A stretch of DNA of 64,000 nucleotides, taken from positions 544,001-608,000 of the forward strand of contig OY762492.1 in assembly GCA_963665845.2 (NCBI GenBank). The letters run 5' to 3'. This DNA is from Candidatus Poribacteria bacterium. GTDB taxonomy: Bacteria > Poribacteria > WGA-4E > GCA-2687025. Under the pieces are notes generated by a model. The model worked only from the letters and a program-made list of their open reading frames with translations, did no database searches and was not told the DNA's origin. The translations under genes were made by a program, and so were the position numbers. Position 1 is the first letter of the stretch, and every line of letters begins with the position of its first letter. Positions 47,768 through 60,484 of this stretch are shown one piece after another.

Positions 47768-49749
47768 AACGGCGAACCTTTGCGGCGTTAATGGCTGTCC
47801 CGCTGCTTTTTTCTATCGGCTGCAGAGAGAGATCCACGGTCCGTGTCAAAGGCGACGTTTCGGTCGTCTATTCGCCGGACGGCAAAACGCTTGCGGCGGT
47901 GGGAGAATCTTTTCACGGCGACACGCTCCTGCTCCTGGAGGCCGAAACGGGAGATGTAAAAGCATCGCTGGAAGGACATGAACGGCCGATCCGTTCCGCG
48001 GCGTTCTCGCCGGACGGCAAAACGCTTGTCAGCGGCGGCGGATGGATGGACGACACGATTCGAGTATGGGATGTCGAAACAGGCGAGCCGCTCAAGATCC
48101 TGAACATTCGGATGAACAGCGACTATGCCGTTACCTTTTCGCCGGACGGCAAAACGCTTGTCAGCGGCGATCATAATGGCAAGATACGGTTCTGGGATGT
48201 CGAGACATGGTCTCAAATAGCAATCCAATCGTTAGGAAAAGACATTAGCAGCTTGGCGTATTCGCCGGACGGTGAAAGGCTTGCCGCCGGCGCAGATTTA
48301 AGCCGAGATGTTCATATTTTCGACGGAAAAACCTTCGAACCCGTCCAAACTCTCCGCGGGCATCGGGATATCATCTCATCCGCTGCCTATTCGCCGGACG
48401 GAAAGATTCTTGCCAGCGGCGGAAATGAGGGAGAGCTGCTGCTTTGGGACGCTTACACGGGCAAACGGCTCAAAAAGTTAGAACGGCATAAAAGCGCGGT
48501 GTTGTCGCTCTCGTTTTCTTCTGACAGCAATACGCTTCTAAGCCGAGACTACAGCAGCACAATGCGGCTGTGGGATGTCCAAACAGGCGAACTGATCAAA
48601 AGGATTCAAGACCCTGAAGGATCAAGATATGCCGCGTATTCGCCGGACGGAACGACGATTGCCGGCGGCAACTTAAACAAGGGAATAAGCCTGTGGGACG
48701 CCGAAACGGGCAAGCTGACGAAGACGCTGTACAGCGTTCGAGACGCCGTCCGTTTTCTGGCGTATTCGCCGGACGGCGGCATCGTCTTCGCCGGCAGCGC
48801 GCGGGGGTATGTCGGAATGTTGAACGGGAAAACATTGAAAACAGTCAAGCGGCTGCAAGACCGCCTCTATCGGTCGGCCGCCCCGGCGGCGCTGTCGCCT
48901 GACGGCAAGACGCTGGTCGCTACCGATTACGACGATCTGATATTTTGGCCGATTGCCGCGCATCACTGGGACGATGACAAAAGAAGAGCGGCTAGAAGAG
49001 CGATGAAACAAGAGTTGCTGGCGCGGGCGAAATCTATTGAATTGGACGGCGGCGGATCGTACATGTCGCGCATCGCCGCTGTCAATTTGGAGAACGCCGC
49101 ACGATCCAATCGATATGTCTACGGCTTCGACATCTATTTTCCCGGAGAGATCAATTGCATTGCGTACTCCCCCGACAGCAAAACGCTCGCTGTCGGCGGA
49201 AGCAGAACGCTCGTATTGAGCAGCGCTGAAACGCCGTCTACCAAAGCGGTCATAGAAGACCACAAGCGGGCTGTTCGATTCGTCGCCTTTTCACCCGACG
49301 GAAAAACGCTCGTCAGCGGCAGCCTAGACCGAACCGTGCGCTTCTGGGACGCCGAAACAGGCGCCGCGATACGCAACTTAAAAGGGCATACAGGCATGGC
49401 GTACGCCGGCGCTTATTCTCCAGACGGCAAAACGCTCGCCGTCGCCAGCTCCAAAACGCTCACGGTCTGGGACGCCGCGACCGACGCTCTGGTTCATACG
49501 CTAGAGGGACATGACGGCGCCGTGTTCTGCCTCGCGTTCTCTCCGGACGGCGCCGAAATCGCGACGGGCGGGCGGGACAAAACGGTACGGCGATGGAATG
49601 CCAAGACAGGCGAACAGATCAAAACGATGGAGAAGCATGCGGCGCCCGTAACCGCCGTCGCCTATTCGCCGGACGGCGCCCATTTGTTGAGCGGCGGCGT
49701 GGACGGTAAAATACGCCGATGGAGTTTGAATGAAGGAGGAAGTAAATGA
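47764..49749 (+). CDS. WD40-repeat lipoprotein (long type, copy 3)
   Basis: SIGC lipobox and ATGA overlap. Confidence 0.9.
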   Translation: MKRRTFAALMAVPLLFSIGCRERSTVRVKGDVSVVYSPDGKTLAAVGESFHGDTLLLLEAETGDVKASLEGHERPIRSAAFSPDGKTLVSGGGWMDDTIRVWDVETGEPLKILNIRMNSDYAVTFSPDGKTLVSGDHNGKIRFWDVETWSQIAIQSLGKDISSLAYSPDGERLAAGADLSRDVHIFDGKTFEPVQTLRGHRDIISSAAYSPDGKILASGGNEGELLLWDAYTGKRLKKLERHKSAVLSLSFSSDSNTLLSRDYSSTMRLWDVQTGELIKRIQDPEGSRYAAYSPDGTTIAGGNLNKGISLWDAETGKLTKTLYSVRDAVRFLAYSPDGGIVFAGSARGYVGMLNGKTLKTVKRLQDRLYRSAAPAALSPDGKTLVATDYDDLIFWPIAAHHWDDDKRRAARRAMKQELLARAKSIELDGGGSYMSRIAAVNLENAARSNRYVYGFDIYFPGEINCIAYSPDSKTLAVGGSRTLVLSSAETPSTKAVIEDHKRAVRFVAFSPDGKTLVSGSLDRTVRFWDAETGAAIRNLKGHTGMAYAGAYSPDGKTLAVASSKTLTVWDAATDALVHTLEGHDGAVFCLAFSPDGAEIATGGRDKTVRRWNAKTGEQIKTMEKHAAPVTAVAYSPDGAHLLSGGVDGKIRRWSLNEGGSK

Positions 49750-51818
49750 GACAGGGAATCGCTGCGGCGTTGGCGGCTGCCGCGCTGCTTTTCAGTATCG
49801 GCTGCGGCGATAGACCCGCCGACAGCCGCAGCGGCGTTTTCACCTCTCGCGGCAACCCCTTTGTCGCCTATTCGCCGGACGGCAAAACGCTTGCCGCTGT
49901 CGGATGGGACGACTACGGCAACGAGGTCTTGCTCTTCGATGCTGAAACAGGCGATGTCAAAAAAGCGCTGGAAGGGGATAACCAAGGCGTCCGTTCCGCG
50001 GCGTTCTCTCCCGACGGCAAGACGCTTGTCAGCGGCGGATGGGACAACTCCATACGGGTTTGGGATGTCCAAACAGGCGAGCTTCTGAAAACGCTGACCG
50101 CTTTAGGCGAAGACGTTGCAGTCGTCTACTCTCCCGACGGCAAGACGCTTGTCAGCGGCAGTAAGTACGGCAGAATCCAATTCTGGGACGCCGAAACATG
50201 GACGCTCATAGCAAGCGACCGTTACAACGGGACTATTGCCAGCTTGGCGTACTCGCCGAACGGGCAGCGGCTGGCTGTCGGTCTCGCCCAATCCTCCGAG
50301 GTCCATTTGAGGGACGGCTTCACATATGAGCGCGTTGAATCTCTCCGCGGGCATCGGGACAATGTCGTTTCCGTTGCCTATTCGCCGGACGGAAAGCTTC
50401 TTGCCAGCGGAGGATCCGAGGGCGAGATACTGCTTTGGGACGCCAACACCGGCAAACGCCTCAAAATATTAACAAAAGCCGAGGGATCGCCGGTGTCGGT
50501 TGTCTTTTCGCCGGACAGCAAAACGCTCCTTGGCGAAAACGAGCGTTACATGGCAAGACAGACAACAACCTCGGGATCGCGGGTGTCCGTTTCCTATTAT
50601 TCACATGACGGTAAAACCCGCCTTGGCGAAAACGAGCGCAACAATATACGGCTCTGGGATGTCCAAACAGGCGAACTGATCAAGACGATCCAAAACCCCG
50701 ACGCGAGTCGATCGGTCGTTTATTCGCCGGACGGAACGACGATTGCCAGCGGCAACTTAGCAGGCGTACATTTATGGAGCGCCGAAACGGGCGAGCGGAT
50801 AAAGACGCTGGGAGACTATAGCCATGCGGTCCGCTTTCTGGCGTATTCGCCGGACGGCGGCATCGTCTTCGCCAGCAACGCGAAGGGGCGTATCGGAATG
50901 TTAGACGCCAAACCATTAAAAATAAGAAAGCCGCTGCATCCCCTCTTCACCTGGAGCCTGAAAGGTTCGGCGGCGCTGTCTCCAGACGGCGAGACGCTGG
51001 TCGCAGGCACAATGAGTTCCGACCTTGTGTTTTGGCATGTTGCGGCGCACCACTGGGACGATGACAAAAGAAGGGCTGGCAAAGAAGCTGCTCAAAAAGA
51101 GCTTCTGGCGCGGGCGAAACATCTTGCATTGAACGCCAAATCGGACATATCGCGCCGCTTCGCTGTTACCTTGGAGGATGCCGCGAATCGATCTGTTTAC
51201 AATTTTCCCCTCGACAGAACTTTCGGGAGCGTCCATTGCATTGCGTACTCCCCCGATGGAAAAACGATTGCTGCCGGCGGAAGCAGAACGCTCGTATTGA
51301 GCGAATCTGAAACAGCGCATGTCAAAGCGATCATAAAAGGCCACAAGGGGCGGGTCCGCTTCGCCGCCTTCTCGCCCGACGGCAAAACGCTCGTCAGCGG
51401 CAGCCTCGACCAAACCGTGCGCTTCTGGGACGCCGAAACGGGCGCCGCCATACGCGACTTAAAAGGTCATGAAGGCATGGCGTACGCCGGCGCCTATTCT
51501 CCAGACGGAAAGACGCTCGCGGTCGCCAGCTCCGAAACCTTAGCCGTATGGGACGCCGCGACCGACGCCCTGCTTCATATGCTGGAGGGTCATAACGGCC
51601 CCGCATACTGCCTAGCGTTCTCTCCAGACGGCGCTGAAATCGCAACAGGCGGGCGGGATAGAACGGTGCGGCGATGGAGCGCCGAGACAGGCGAACTGAT
51701 CAAAACGATGGAGAAGCATGCGGCGCCCGTGACCGCCGTCGTCTATTCGCCGGACGGCGCTCATCTGTTGAGCGGCGGCGCGGACGGTAAAATACACCGA
51801 TGGAGTTTGAACGATTAA
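49746..51818 (+). CDS. WD40-repeat lipoprotein (long type, copy 4)
   Basis: SIGC lipobox and ATGA overlap. Confidence 0.9.
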   Translation: MRQGIAAALAAAALLFSIGCGDRPADSRSGVFTSRGNPFVAYSPDGKTLAAVGWDDYGNEVLLFDAETGDVKKALEGDNQGVRSAAFSPDGKTLVSGGWDNSIRVWDVQTGELLKTLTALGEDVAVVYSPDGKTLVSGSKYGRIQFWDAETWTLIASDRYNGTIASLAYSPNGQRLAVGLAQSSEVHLRDGFTYERVESLRGHRDNVVSVAYSPDGKLLASGGSEGEILLWDANTGKRLKILTKAEGSPVSVVFSPDSKTLLGENERYMARQTTTSGSRVSVSYYSHDGKTRLGENERNNIRLWDVQTGELIKTIQNPDASRSVVYSPDGTTIASGNLAGVHLWSAETGERIKTLGDYSHAVRFLAYSPDGGIVFASNAKGRIGMLDAKPLKIRKPLHPLFTWSLKGSAALSPDGETLVAGTMSSDLVFWHVAAHHWDDDKRRAGKEAAQKELLARAKHLALNAKSDISRRFAVTLEDAANRSVYNFPLDRTFGSVHCIAYSPDGKTIAAGGSRTLVLSESETAHVKAIIKGHKGRVRFAAFSPDGKTLVSGSLDQTVRFWDAETGAAIRDLKGHEGMAYAGAYSPDGKTLAVASSETLAVWDAATDALLHMLEGHNGPAYCLAFSPDGAEIATGGRDRTVRRWSAETGELIKTMEKHAAPVTAVVYSPDGAHLLSGGADGKIHRWSLND

Positions 51819-51840
51819 GCGAAAGCGGAGGAGTACGCGG

Positions 51841-52983
51841 ATGAGTAAACAAACCGCCTTATGGACATGCATCGTCCCGCTCTTGATCTTGACAGGCTGC
51901 GGCGACAACGCGCGCAAAGACGCCTACTACCCTTTAATTGACGCCGACGCTGTCCTTGCCCTCGCATTCTCTCCGGACGGAAAAACGCTCGCCAGCGGAC
52001 ACGGCAGTTCATCCAACGCTCCGGCAAAAATACGGTTGTGGGACGTGAAAACGGGAGAAAAGAAAACGACTCTGGAGGGGCATCGCGGTAAAATCGGAAC
52101 GCTGACATTCTCTCCTGACGGAAAGACGCTCGCCAGCGGCGCCTCGGACAAAACGGCGCGGCTATGGAACGTCGAAACGGGCGAACCAATCCAAACCTTT
52201 ACCACAACGACGACAATGAACGGGCTTCCGGGCGGGCGTCCAGCATGGCGCATCGAGTCGGTCGCGTTCGCCGACGGCGGAAAAAACCTGACAACCATTG
52301 ACCACTTCGGAGGCGTCGTTGTTTGGAACCCCGACACGGGCGCTCCAGCGCGAACTCCGATACAGATGTCGAGGAGGCAGCTTCCCGATTTTATCGCCGC
52401 AGCCTTTTCGCCCAACGGACAACTGATTGCTGTCAACGAAGCGATGGGGAAAGTTCTCCTCATGGACGCGGTTACAGGCGAACAGCTCCGCGTCATGAGG
52501 GGCCATTCGCATCTCATTCATGCGCTCGCCTTTTCGCCCGACAGCTCAACGCTCGCCAGCGGCAGTTTTGACTGGTCGATACTGCTTTGGAACCCTTACA
52601 AAGGCAAGAGGCTCAAACGGCTCGAAGGGCATGAAAGCAGAGTGTTGTGCTTGGCGTTTTCGCCGGACGGAAAAACGCTCGCCAGCGGCAGCATTTCTCC
52701 GCGAAAAGACACGTTGGACTGGTTCAAAGAGCAGGGGAAGATGATGGAATATATGGAGCGTAAACGCCGAGACGATTTAAGCGAGGAGATGCTGCGCGAG
52801 GAGACGCTGCGCCTATGGGATGTTGAAACAGGCGCCCATCTGAAATCGCTGGACGGACATAAAATGGCGGTCTGGTCGGTCGCATTCTCTCCCGACGGAA
52901 AGACGCTCGCCAGCGGCGGGGAGGATCGAACCGTTCGGATATGGGATGTGAAAACGAGCGAACTGGTCAAGACGCTCAAATGA
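51841..52983 (+). CDS. WD40-repeat lipoprotein
   Basis: LTGC lipobox, canonical GH...WD repeats, charged helical insert. Confidence 0.9.
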   Translation: MSKQTALWTCIVPLLILTGCGDNARKDAYYPLIDADAVLALAFSPDGKTLASGHGSSSNAPAKIRLWDVKTGEKKTTLEGHRGKIGTLTFSPDGKTLASGASDKTARLWNVETGEPIQTFTTTTTMNGLPGGRPAWRIESVAFADGGKNLTTIDHFGGVVVWNPDTGAPARTPIQMSRRQLPDFIAAAFSPNGQLIAVNEAMGKVLLMDAVTGEQLRVMRGHSHLIHALAFSPDSSTLASGSFDWSILLWNPYKGKRLKRLEGHESRVLCLAFSPDGKTLASGSISPRKDTLDWFKEQGKMMEYMERKRRDDLSEEMLREETLRLWDVETGAHLKSLDGHKMAVWSVAFSPDGKTLASGGEDRTVRIWDVKTSELVKTLK

Positions 52984-54059
52984 AGCAGAACAATGCGCGA
53001 AATGAAAACGCCATGATCAAACGGCGGCTGGCGGCTCTCGCGTTGATCGTTATCGTCGTTCTGGCGGCTGCGTCGCTTTTGAGGAGGTCTCGACCGAAAC
53101 TGGAAGCGGTCCGCGTCCCATTATCGGGCAGCGGCAGTAAAACGATAGCGGTCGCATTCTCCCCGGACAGCAAGACGCTTGCCGGCGGCGGAGAAGAAGG
53201 CGTCATGTTCTGGGACGCCGAAACGGGCGGCTTGCTCAAAACGCTGGAGGGGTTTAACTGCAGTTCGCTTGCGTATTCGCCGGACGGAAAAACGCTCGCC
53301 GCGGCAGCCGGCGCCAACAGGGACGAACGCGCGCTGATTCTGATCGATGTTCAAACGGACGCGGTGAAAACGTTGGAAAAGCTGGACGATACGGTTTTAA
53401 CCGCCGCCTACTCACCGAACGGAAAAACGGTCGCGAGCGTCGGCAAAAATCTAACGACCAAAAAACACACGATACGAATATGGGACGCCAAAACAGGCGA
53501 TCCTCTCCACGCGCTGCCGGCATTCGACTCAGATAAGACAACCTTGACCTATACCCCTGACGGAGAGACGCTGATCAGTTTCTATTGCGCTCCAAAGATT
53601 CCTACGGTTAGGAGCCGCGAGTACAAGCTTGCATTCTGGGATGTGGACGGGGGCTACAAAAGAATTGAGCCGCCTGCGTTCCAATATAGAGGGTCTAGGT
53701 ATGACAAAGCCGCGGCGTATTCCCCGAACGGTCAACGGATGGCGGTTGCCGCCGGGAGCTTTGTACTGCTTTTCGACGCCTATACGGCGGAGTTTGTCCA
53801 ATCGCTGGAGCATTGCGAATGGGGTCCCTCTGTTTCTAGTCTGGCGTATTCGCCCGACAGCAAACTTTTGGCGAGCGGGGGCGACGCTGAAACGGACATC
53901 AATCTATGGAACGCCTACACAGGCGAGCATTTGAAAGGGCTGAGCGTTTACCACACGTCTATCTGGGATTTGACCTTCTCGCCGGACGGAACGAAGCTCG
54001 CCTGCATCGGCTTTCTCGGCTGGACGGGAATGTGGAAAATCGACCCTGTCAACCCATGA
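52980..54059 (+). CDS. WD40-repeat membrane-anchored protein (short type)
   Basis: Paralog of 44591 with the lipobox Cys absent (AAASLL). Start 52980 or 53013. Confidence 0.88.
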   Translation: MKQNNARNENAMIKRRLAALALIVIVVLAAASLLRRSRPKLEAVRVPLSGSGSKTIAVAFSPDSKTLAGGGEEGVMFWDAETGGLLKTLEGFNCSSLAYSPDGKTLAAAAGANRDERALILIDVQTDAVKTLEKLDDTVLTAAYSPNGKTVASVGKNLTTKKHTIRIWDAKTGDPLHALPAFDSDKTTLTYTPDGETLISFYCAPKIPTVRSREYKLAFWDVDGGYKRIEPPAFQYRGSRYDKAAAYSPNGQRMAVAAGSFVLLFDAYTAEFVQSLEHCEWGPSVSSLAYSPDSKLLASGGDAETDINLWNAYTGEHLKGLSVYHTSIWDLTFSPDGTKLACIGFLGWTGMWKIDPVNP

Positions 54060-54069
54060 TGCGCATACC

Positions 54070-54297
54070 GCCCGCCTCATTCCGCCATTCCCGCGCCCGT
54101 TCATATCGTCATTCCCGCTCCTCTTCCCGTCATTCCCGCGCAAGCGGGAATCTTAAGGCATTGCAGCCGCCGCGCCCGTTCATATCGTCATTCCCGCTCC
54201 TCTTCCCGTCATTCCCGCGTAAGCGGGAATCTAGAGGCGCCTCAGAAGACGTCCGTGTTCGCATGCCGACATGTCCCAACTTAAGACGTGAGGTCAG
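54070..54297. repeat. ATTCCC-repeat cluster with ~60-bp duplication and right half-MITE
   Basis: Duplicated cgcccgttcatatcgtcattcccg...gggaatct. TIR at 54271-54297. Confidence 0.85.
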
Positions 54298-54382
54298 GGA
54301 GTCTAGAAACGCTTTGGCATCGGCGCCGTATGCGGTATAATCGTAACGCATAGGCGCGTAGGCACATTGGAAAGGCGATGCG

Positions 54383-55069
54383 ATGTTTTTCTTTGAATTC
54401 GATTATTTCTTGATCGTAGGTCCGGCGTTTATAATGGCGATCTGGGCGCAATTCAAGGTGAAAAGCGCGTTCAAAAAGTATTCGCAGACAGGCACGCGCT
54501 CTGGGATGACGGGGGCGCAGGTTGCGCGGGAGATTTTACGCGCCAACGGCATCCACGATGTAAAGGTGGAAGGCGTCCATGGCTTTTTGTCCGACCATTA
54601 CGATCCGCGAACCAAGACGCTGCGCCTGTCGCCGGATGTGTTCCAGGGGCGTTCGCAGGCGGCGGTCGGCGTCGCCGCGCATGAGGTCGGACATGCGATT
54701 CAGCACGCGCAAGGTTATGCGCCGCTGAAGTTGCGGAGCGCGTTCGTCCCGGCAGTTCAGTTTGGCTCATGGATCGCGACTCCCGTCTTTTTCCTCGGTA
54801 TGATACTAACCCCGCTGCTGATCTTGGGCGTCGCCGCGTTCGGGTTGATCGCGCTGTTTCAGCTGATCACGCTGCCGGTGGAGTATAACGCTTCCAGCCG
54901 CGCCCTGTCGGAAATTGATCGTCTCGGCATCGTCGGCGGCGCGGAGATGGAAGGCGCGCGGAAAACGCTGAACGCCGCCGCGTTGACCTATGTCGCCGCC
55001 GTGGCGCAGACGCTCCTGACGATACTGTACTTTTTGCTGCGCTTGGGCTTGCTCGGCGGAGATGAGTAG
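54383..55069 (+). CDS. Putative neutral zinc metallopeptidase (YugP-like)
   Basis: LSDHYDP, AAHEVGHAIQH, TLPVEYNAS and AAALTYVA. Confidence 0.92.
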   Translation: MFFFEFDYFLIVGPAFIMAIWAQFKVKSAFKKYSQTGTRSGMTGAQVAREILRANGIHDVKVEGVHGFLSDHYDPRTKTLRLSPDVFQGRSQAAVGVAAHEVGHAIQHAQGYAPLKLRSAFVPAVQFGSWIATPVFFLGMILTPLLILGVAAFGLIALFQLITLPVEYNASSRALSEIDRLGIVGGAEMEGARKTLNAAALTYVAAVAQTLLTILYFLLRLGLLGGDE

Positions 55070-56873
55070 AGAACGCCCGCGTCCGTCCAGCAGCTGTTTT
55101 GGGTCGGCATTCTTCATCGCCGCGTTTTTTCTGGCGTCCGCTGTCGGATGCTTCACGCAGCCGCTCCCCGCAGCTGACAGCGCCTTAACGGACAAAGACG
55201 ACGACCTCGCGCGCAAACTTGCGCCAGAGGAACTTGACATAATACGCGCGCAGATTGACTACACCTTCTACCATGAAAACGCTGTCACCGATCTAGGCGT
55301 CGTTGCGGATGTCGGGGTCATCGCCGACCTAGACGGCTATCTCTACGAGTTTTACGCGAAGGATAAGAGCGTTCTTCCCCCAGGAACCGCCCCCGAAGAC
55401 GAATTTGGCGAAATTCTTGCGGCTAAAGGTTCAAGATATTTGCATATCGAAGCCTCGAAGGCGCGCGCGGAGCGGAACCGACTGATCATACATTATCTGC
55501 GTCAGCAGACGGCGGCGGATGCGGACAGGCGCGGCTTCCATTATCCGCCCGTCGCGAATATCGAGACTTCGCTGGCGCTGTATGAAACGATTTTGGAGAT
55601 CGAAGAGGCATGGCTGACCGCGCTCCAAAACGGCGAACCCTTAGCGAAGGCGAAGCGGGCTAGGACGAAATCCCATGCGGCGTTGATTAAGACCATCGCT
55701 GATTCGAGAACGGGGCTGCCGCCGCCTGATCAGGACGCGCCGCCTCAACTTTCAGAGGCGGAGGACGCGGCGGCAAGGGCGGGTCGAACGCTGAAACGCG
55801 CGGCGCGGATTGCCCAAAAGTTGTCCCGAAAAACGGACGTTTTGAAATGGACAGCGGCGCGGAGAGCCAAACATGAAACGATGCGCGCCGCCGTTCAAAC
55901 ATGGCGCGCGTCCGCTGAAAACAGGTATGAGGCGGAAAGCGCTTATCTGGACGCGCTCAAGCGCGGCGCCGACCATGACGCTCTTCTCCAGCCGCTTTGG
56001 GAGGCGCGTTATGTTTCTTACGCCGCGTTTGCGTGGACGTGCGCTGCGGCGCTGGACGCGGAATGGCTGCCCCCTCCGCCTGTCTTCGCCGCCCAAAGCG
56101 AATCGAAACCTGGGCAAGACTGGCGGTTAGACGCTTCCACAGCGAATTTAGAAGCGGCGAGAGCGGCAGTCGCTGTATGGCAAGCCGCATGGTACGGTCA
56201 CTGGCATTTCTACCTCTACTTCAGGATAGAAGACGCCACTCTTGACAACATGTTCGGCGCCGCCAAGAGACGGCGGGCGGCCGCCGACGCCTGGCAAGCC
56301 GCGGTCAAGGCATGGCAGAGGATTTTAGCGGATGAACGCGTCGGCGTTGAGGAAAAGCGCGACGCGGCCGACGCGGCGCTGCATGCCAAAAACGCTTTCC
56401 GCGCCGCCGATCAGCCTCCGTATCCTGAACCTGTCTATCCTGAAGGCAACCTTCTGGCGTTTATTCAAGACGGAGACGAGGATCGGATCGATGTTGAGAC
56501 GGTCGTCTATGAGATCGCTGTTTTCAAGATAACGGACAGCTGGCTCATCGCAATGGACATCGAAAACCTGTATCCGCCGAAGACGCGCCTCGCCAGAGAG
56601 GAACGAGCGGCGGCGGCTCTAGAGCAGCTGGTCGCCGCGAAAGAATGGCTGGCGGTCTCTTTAGACGAAAAGGCGGACGAAGAGGATATGCGGCTTGCGC
56701 AGGCGATCGCCCTGTCCTTCGGAATTGAGCTGTGGGATTGCTATCACGATTCCCGTATCCCCGATCGCGAGTTTCACCCGCTTGAATACTATATCGTGAG
56801 AGGATATCCTTGGGGCGGCAACGGCGGTTATACTCATCAGAAACGGCGTAAAGGCTCCGACGCCGCTCCATAA
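55062..56873 (+). CDS. Hypothetical exported alpha-helical protein
   Basis: 603-aa ORF overlapping the upstream stop, possible AVGC lipobox, Ala/Trp-rich helices. Confidence 0.7.
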   Translation: MSRERPRPSSSCFGSAFFIAAFFLASAVGCFTQPLPAADSALTDKDDDLARKLAPEELDIIRAQIDYTFYHENAVTDLGVVADVGVIADLDGYLYEFYAKDKSVLPPGTAPEDEFGEILAAKGSRYLHIEASKARAERNRLIIHYLRQQTAADADRRGFHYPPVANIETSLALYETILEIEEAWLTALQNGEPLAKAKRARTKSHAALIKTIADSRTGLPPPDQDAPPQLSEAEDAAARAGRTLKRAARIAQKLSRKTDVLKWTAARRAKHETMRAAVQTWRASAENRYEAESAYLDALKRGADHDALLQPLWEARYVSYAAFAWTCAAALDAEWLPPPPVFAAQSESKPGQDWRLDASTANLEAARAAVAVWQAAWYGHWHFYLYFRIEDATLDNMFGAAKRRRAAADAWQAAVKAWQRILADERVGVEEKRDAADAALHAKNAFRAADQPPYPEPVYPEGNLLAFIQDGDEDRIDVETVVYEIAVFKITDSWLIAMDIENLYPPKTRLAREERAAAALEQLVAAKEWLAVSLDEKADEEDMRLAQAIALSFGIELWDCYHDSRIPDREFHPLEYYIVRGYPWGGNGGYTHQKRRKGSDAAP

Positions 56874-56879
56874 AGAAAC

Positions 56880-59468
<2,589 letters not shown>

Positions 59469-59519
59469 TTATGCCGCAAGACGCCGCTTTTGACAAGCGC
59501 CAATCTTCCGATCTCACTC

Positions 59520-59780
59520 CGATTCCCCTTGAAAAGGGGGTTAGGAGGGTTTCGGCGCGGCGCTGGTCGTTCCCCCTTGAAAAGGGGGGCTAGGAGGGTT
59601 TCGGCGCGGCGCGCGGTTGCGCTTGGTTTTGAACTAGGATTTTCAGGATTTATAGGATTTTGAGATGCGGCATGCCGCGGGCGGCGTGTCGGTTTTCGGC
59701 AATTCTCTTGGCAATCTTTTCAATCATGCAAATCTTAGTTCAGACAGCAGACGGTTTCGGGTTCGCCTCTGGATTCCCGG
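59520..59780. repeat. Composite intergenic mosaic repeat
   Basis: Two CCCCTTGAAAAGGGG units, GAACTAGGATT element and half palindrome. Nearly collinear with 38550-38750. Confidence 0.85.
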
Positions 59781-59825
59781 CGGCGTCTTTTTCCCTTGTC
59801 ATTACGCATAAAACGACGCATAACA

Positions 59826-59848
59826 TTTTACAAAAATAATTTGTAAAA
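59826..59848. promoter_or_regulatory. AT-rich perfect inverted repeat (candidate operator)
   Basis: TTTTACAAA-AATAA-TTTGTAAAA directly before the RBS of the ECF sigma gene. Confidence 0.6.
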
Positions 59849-59861
59849 TGAGGAGCATGCC

Positions 59862-60416
59862 ATGCTGTCCGCGAAAACGCGCATCGAGGCGCCGTCTCTT
59901 GAGGAAGCGCAGCGCGACTTTGAACGCAAAATACGCGAACGGGGCGAGCTGCTGCGGCATTACTTCGCCCGCCGAGTTCCAGATGCGCATCGCGTCGAAG
60001 ACCTGTACCAGGAGACGCTCATGCGCGCTTGGGCGTCCCGACCCGATCATCTGGAGGATGACGACCGATGGGCGCGCCGATGCATGACCATCGCGCGCAA
60101 TCTGCTCATCGACGACTGGCGGCGCATCCGCGCGGAACAGAATCGAAGAGAACGGCTCAGCCTGCGAAGCAAGGGAGACGCGCAGGCGGAGAACACGGCG
60201 CTAGACGACATGCTGGAGAGGGAGCTGGCGAAGGAGGCGGAGCTGGTTGTGAAGGAGCTGCCGCGCATCTACGAGGAGGCGCTGCGGCTGCGGGCGGAGG
60301 GCTTGTCGACCAAGGCGATGGCGCGCGCGATGAATGTAAAGCCGCAGACGGCGCAGGCGCGTTTACGGCGGGCGCGGGAACTGGCGCAGGAGCGTTTGAA
60401 AAAGAGAGGCTACTAG
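59862..60416 (+). CDS. ECF sigma-70 factor
   Basis: EDLYQETLMRAW, IARNLLIDDWR and region 4 HTH ending ARLRRAR. Confidence 0.88.
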   Translation: MLSAKTRIEAPSLEEAQRDFERKIRERGELLRHYFARRVPDAHRVEDLYQETLMRAWASRPDHLEDDDRWARRCMTIARNLLIDDWRRIRAEQNRRERLSLRSKGDAQAENTALDDMLERELAKEAELVVKELPRIYEEALRLRAEGLSTKAMARAMNVKPQTAQARLRRARELAQERLKKRGY

Positions 60417-60484
60417 GTTGCGGATTCGGCGCGCGGCGGTGTATATTGAGAACGGAACATCGCTGACGAAAATGGAGCGGCAGC

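Noticed and set aside
42514-54059. Diversity-generating retroelement acting on the WD40 array
   Set aside because: No reverse transcriptase and no non-coding template repeat. Differences are not confined to adenines.
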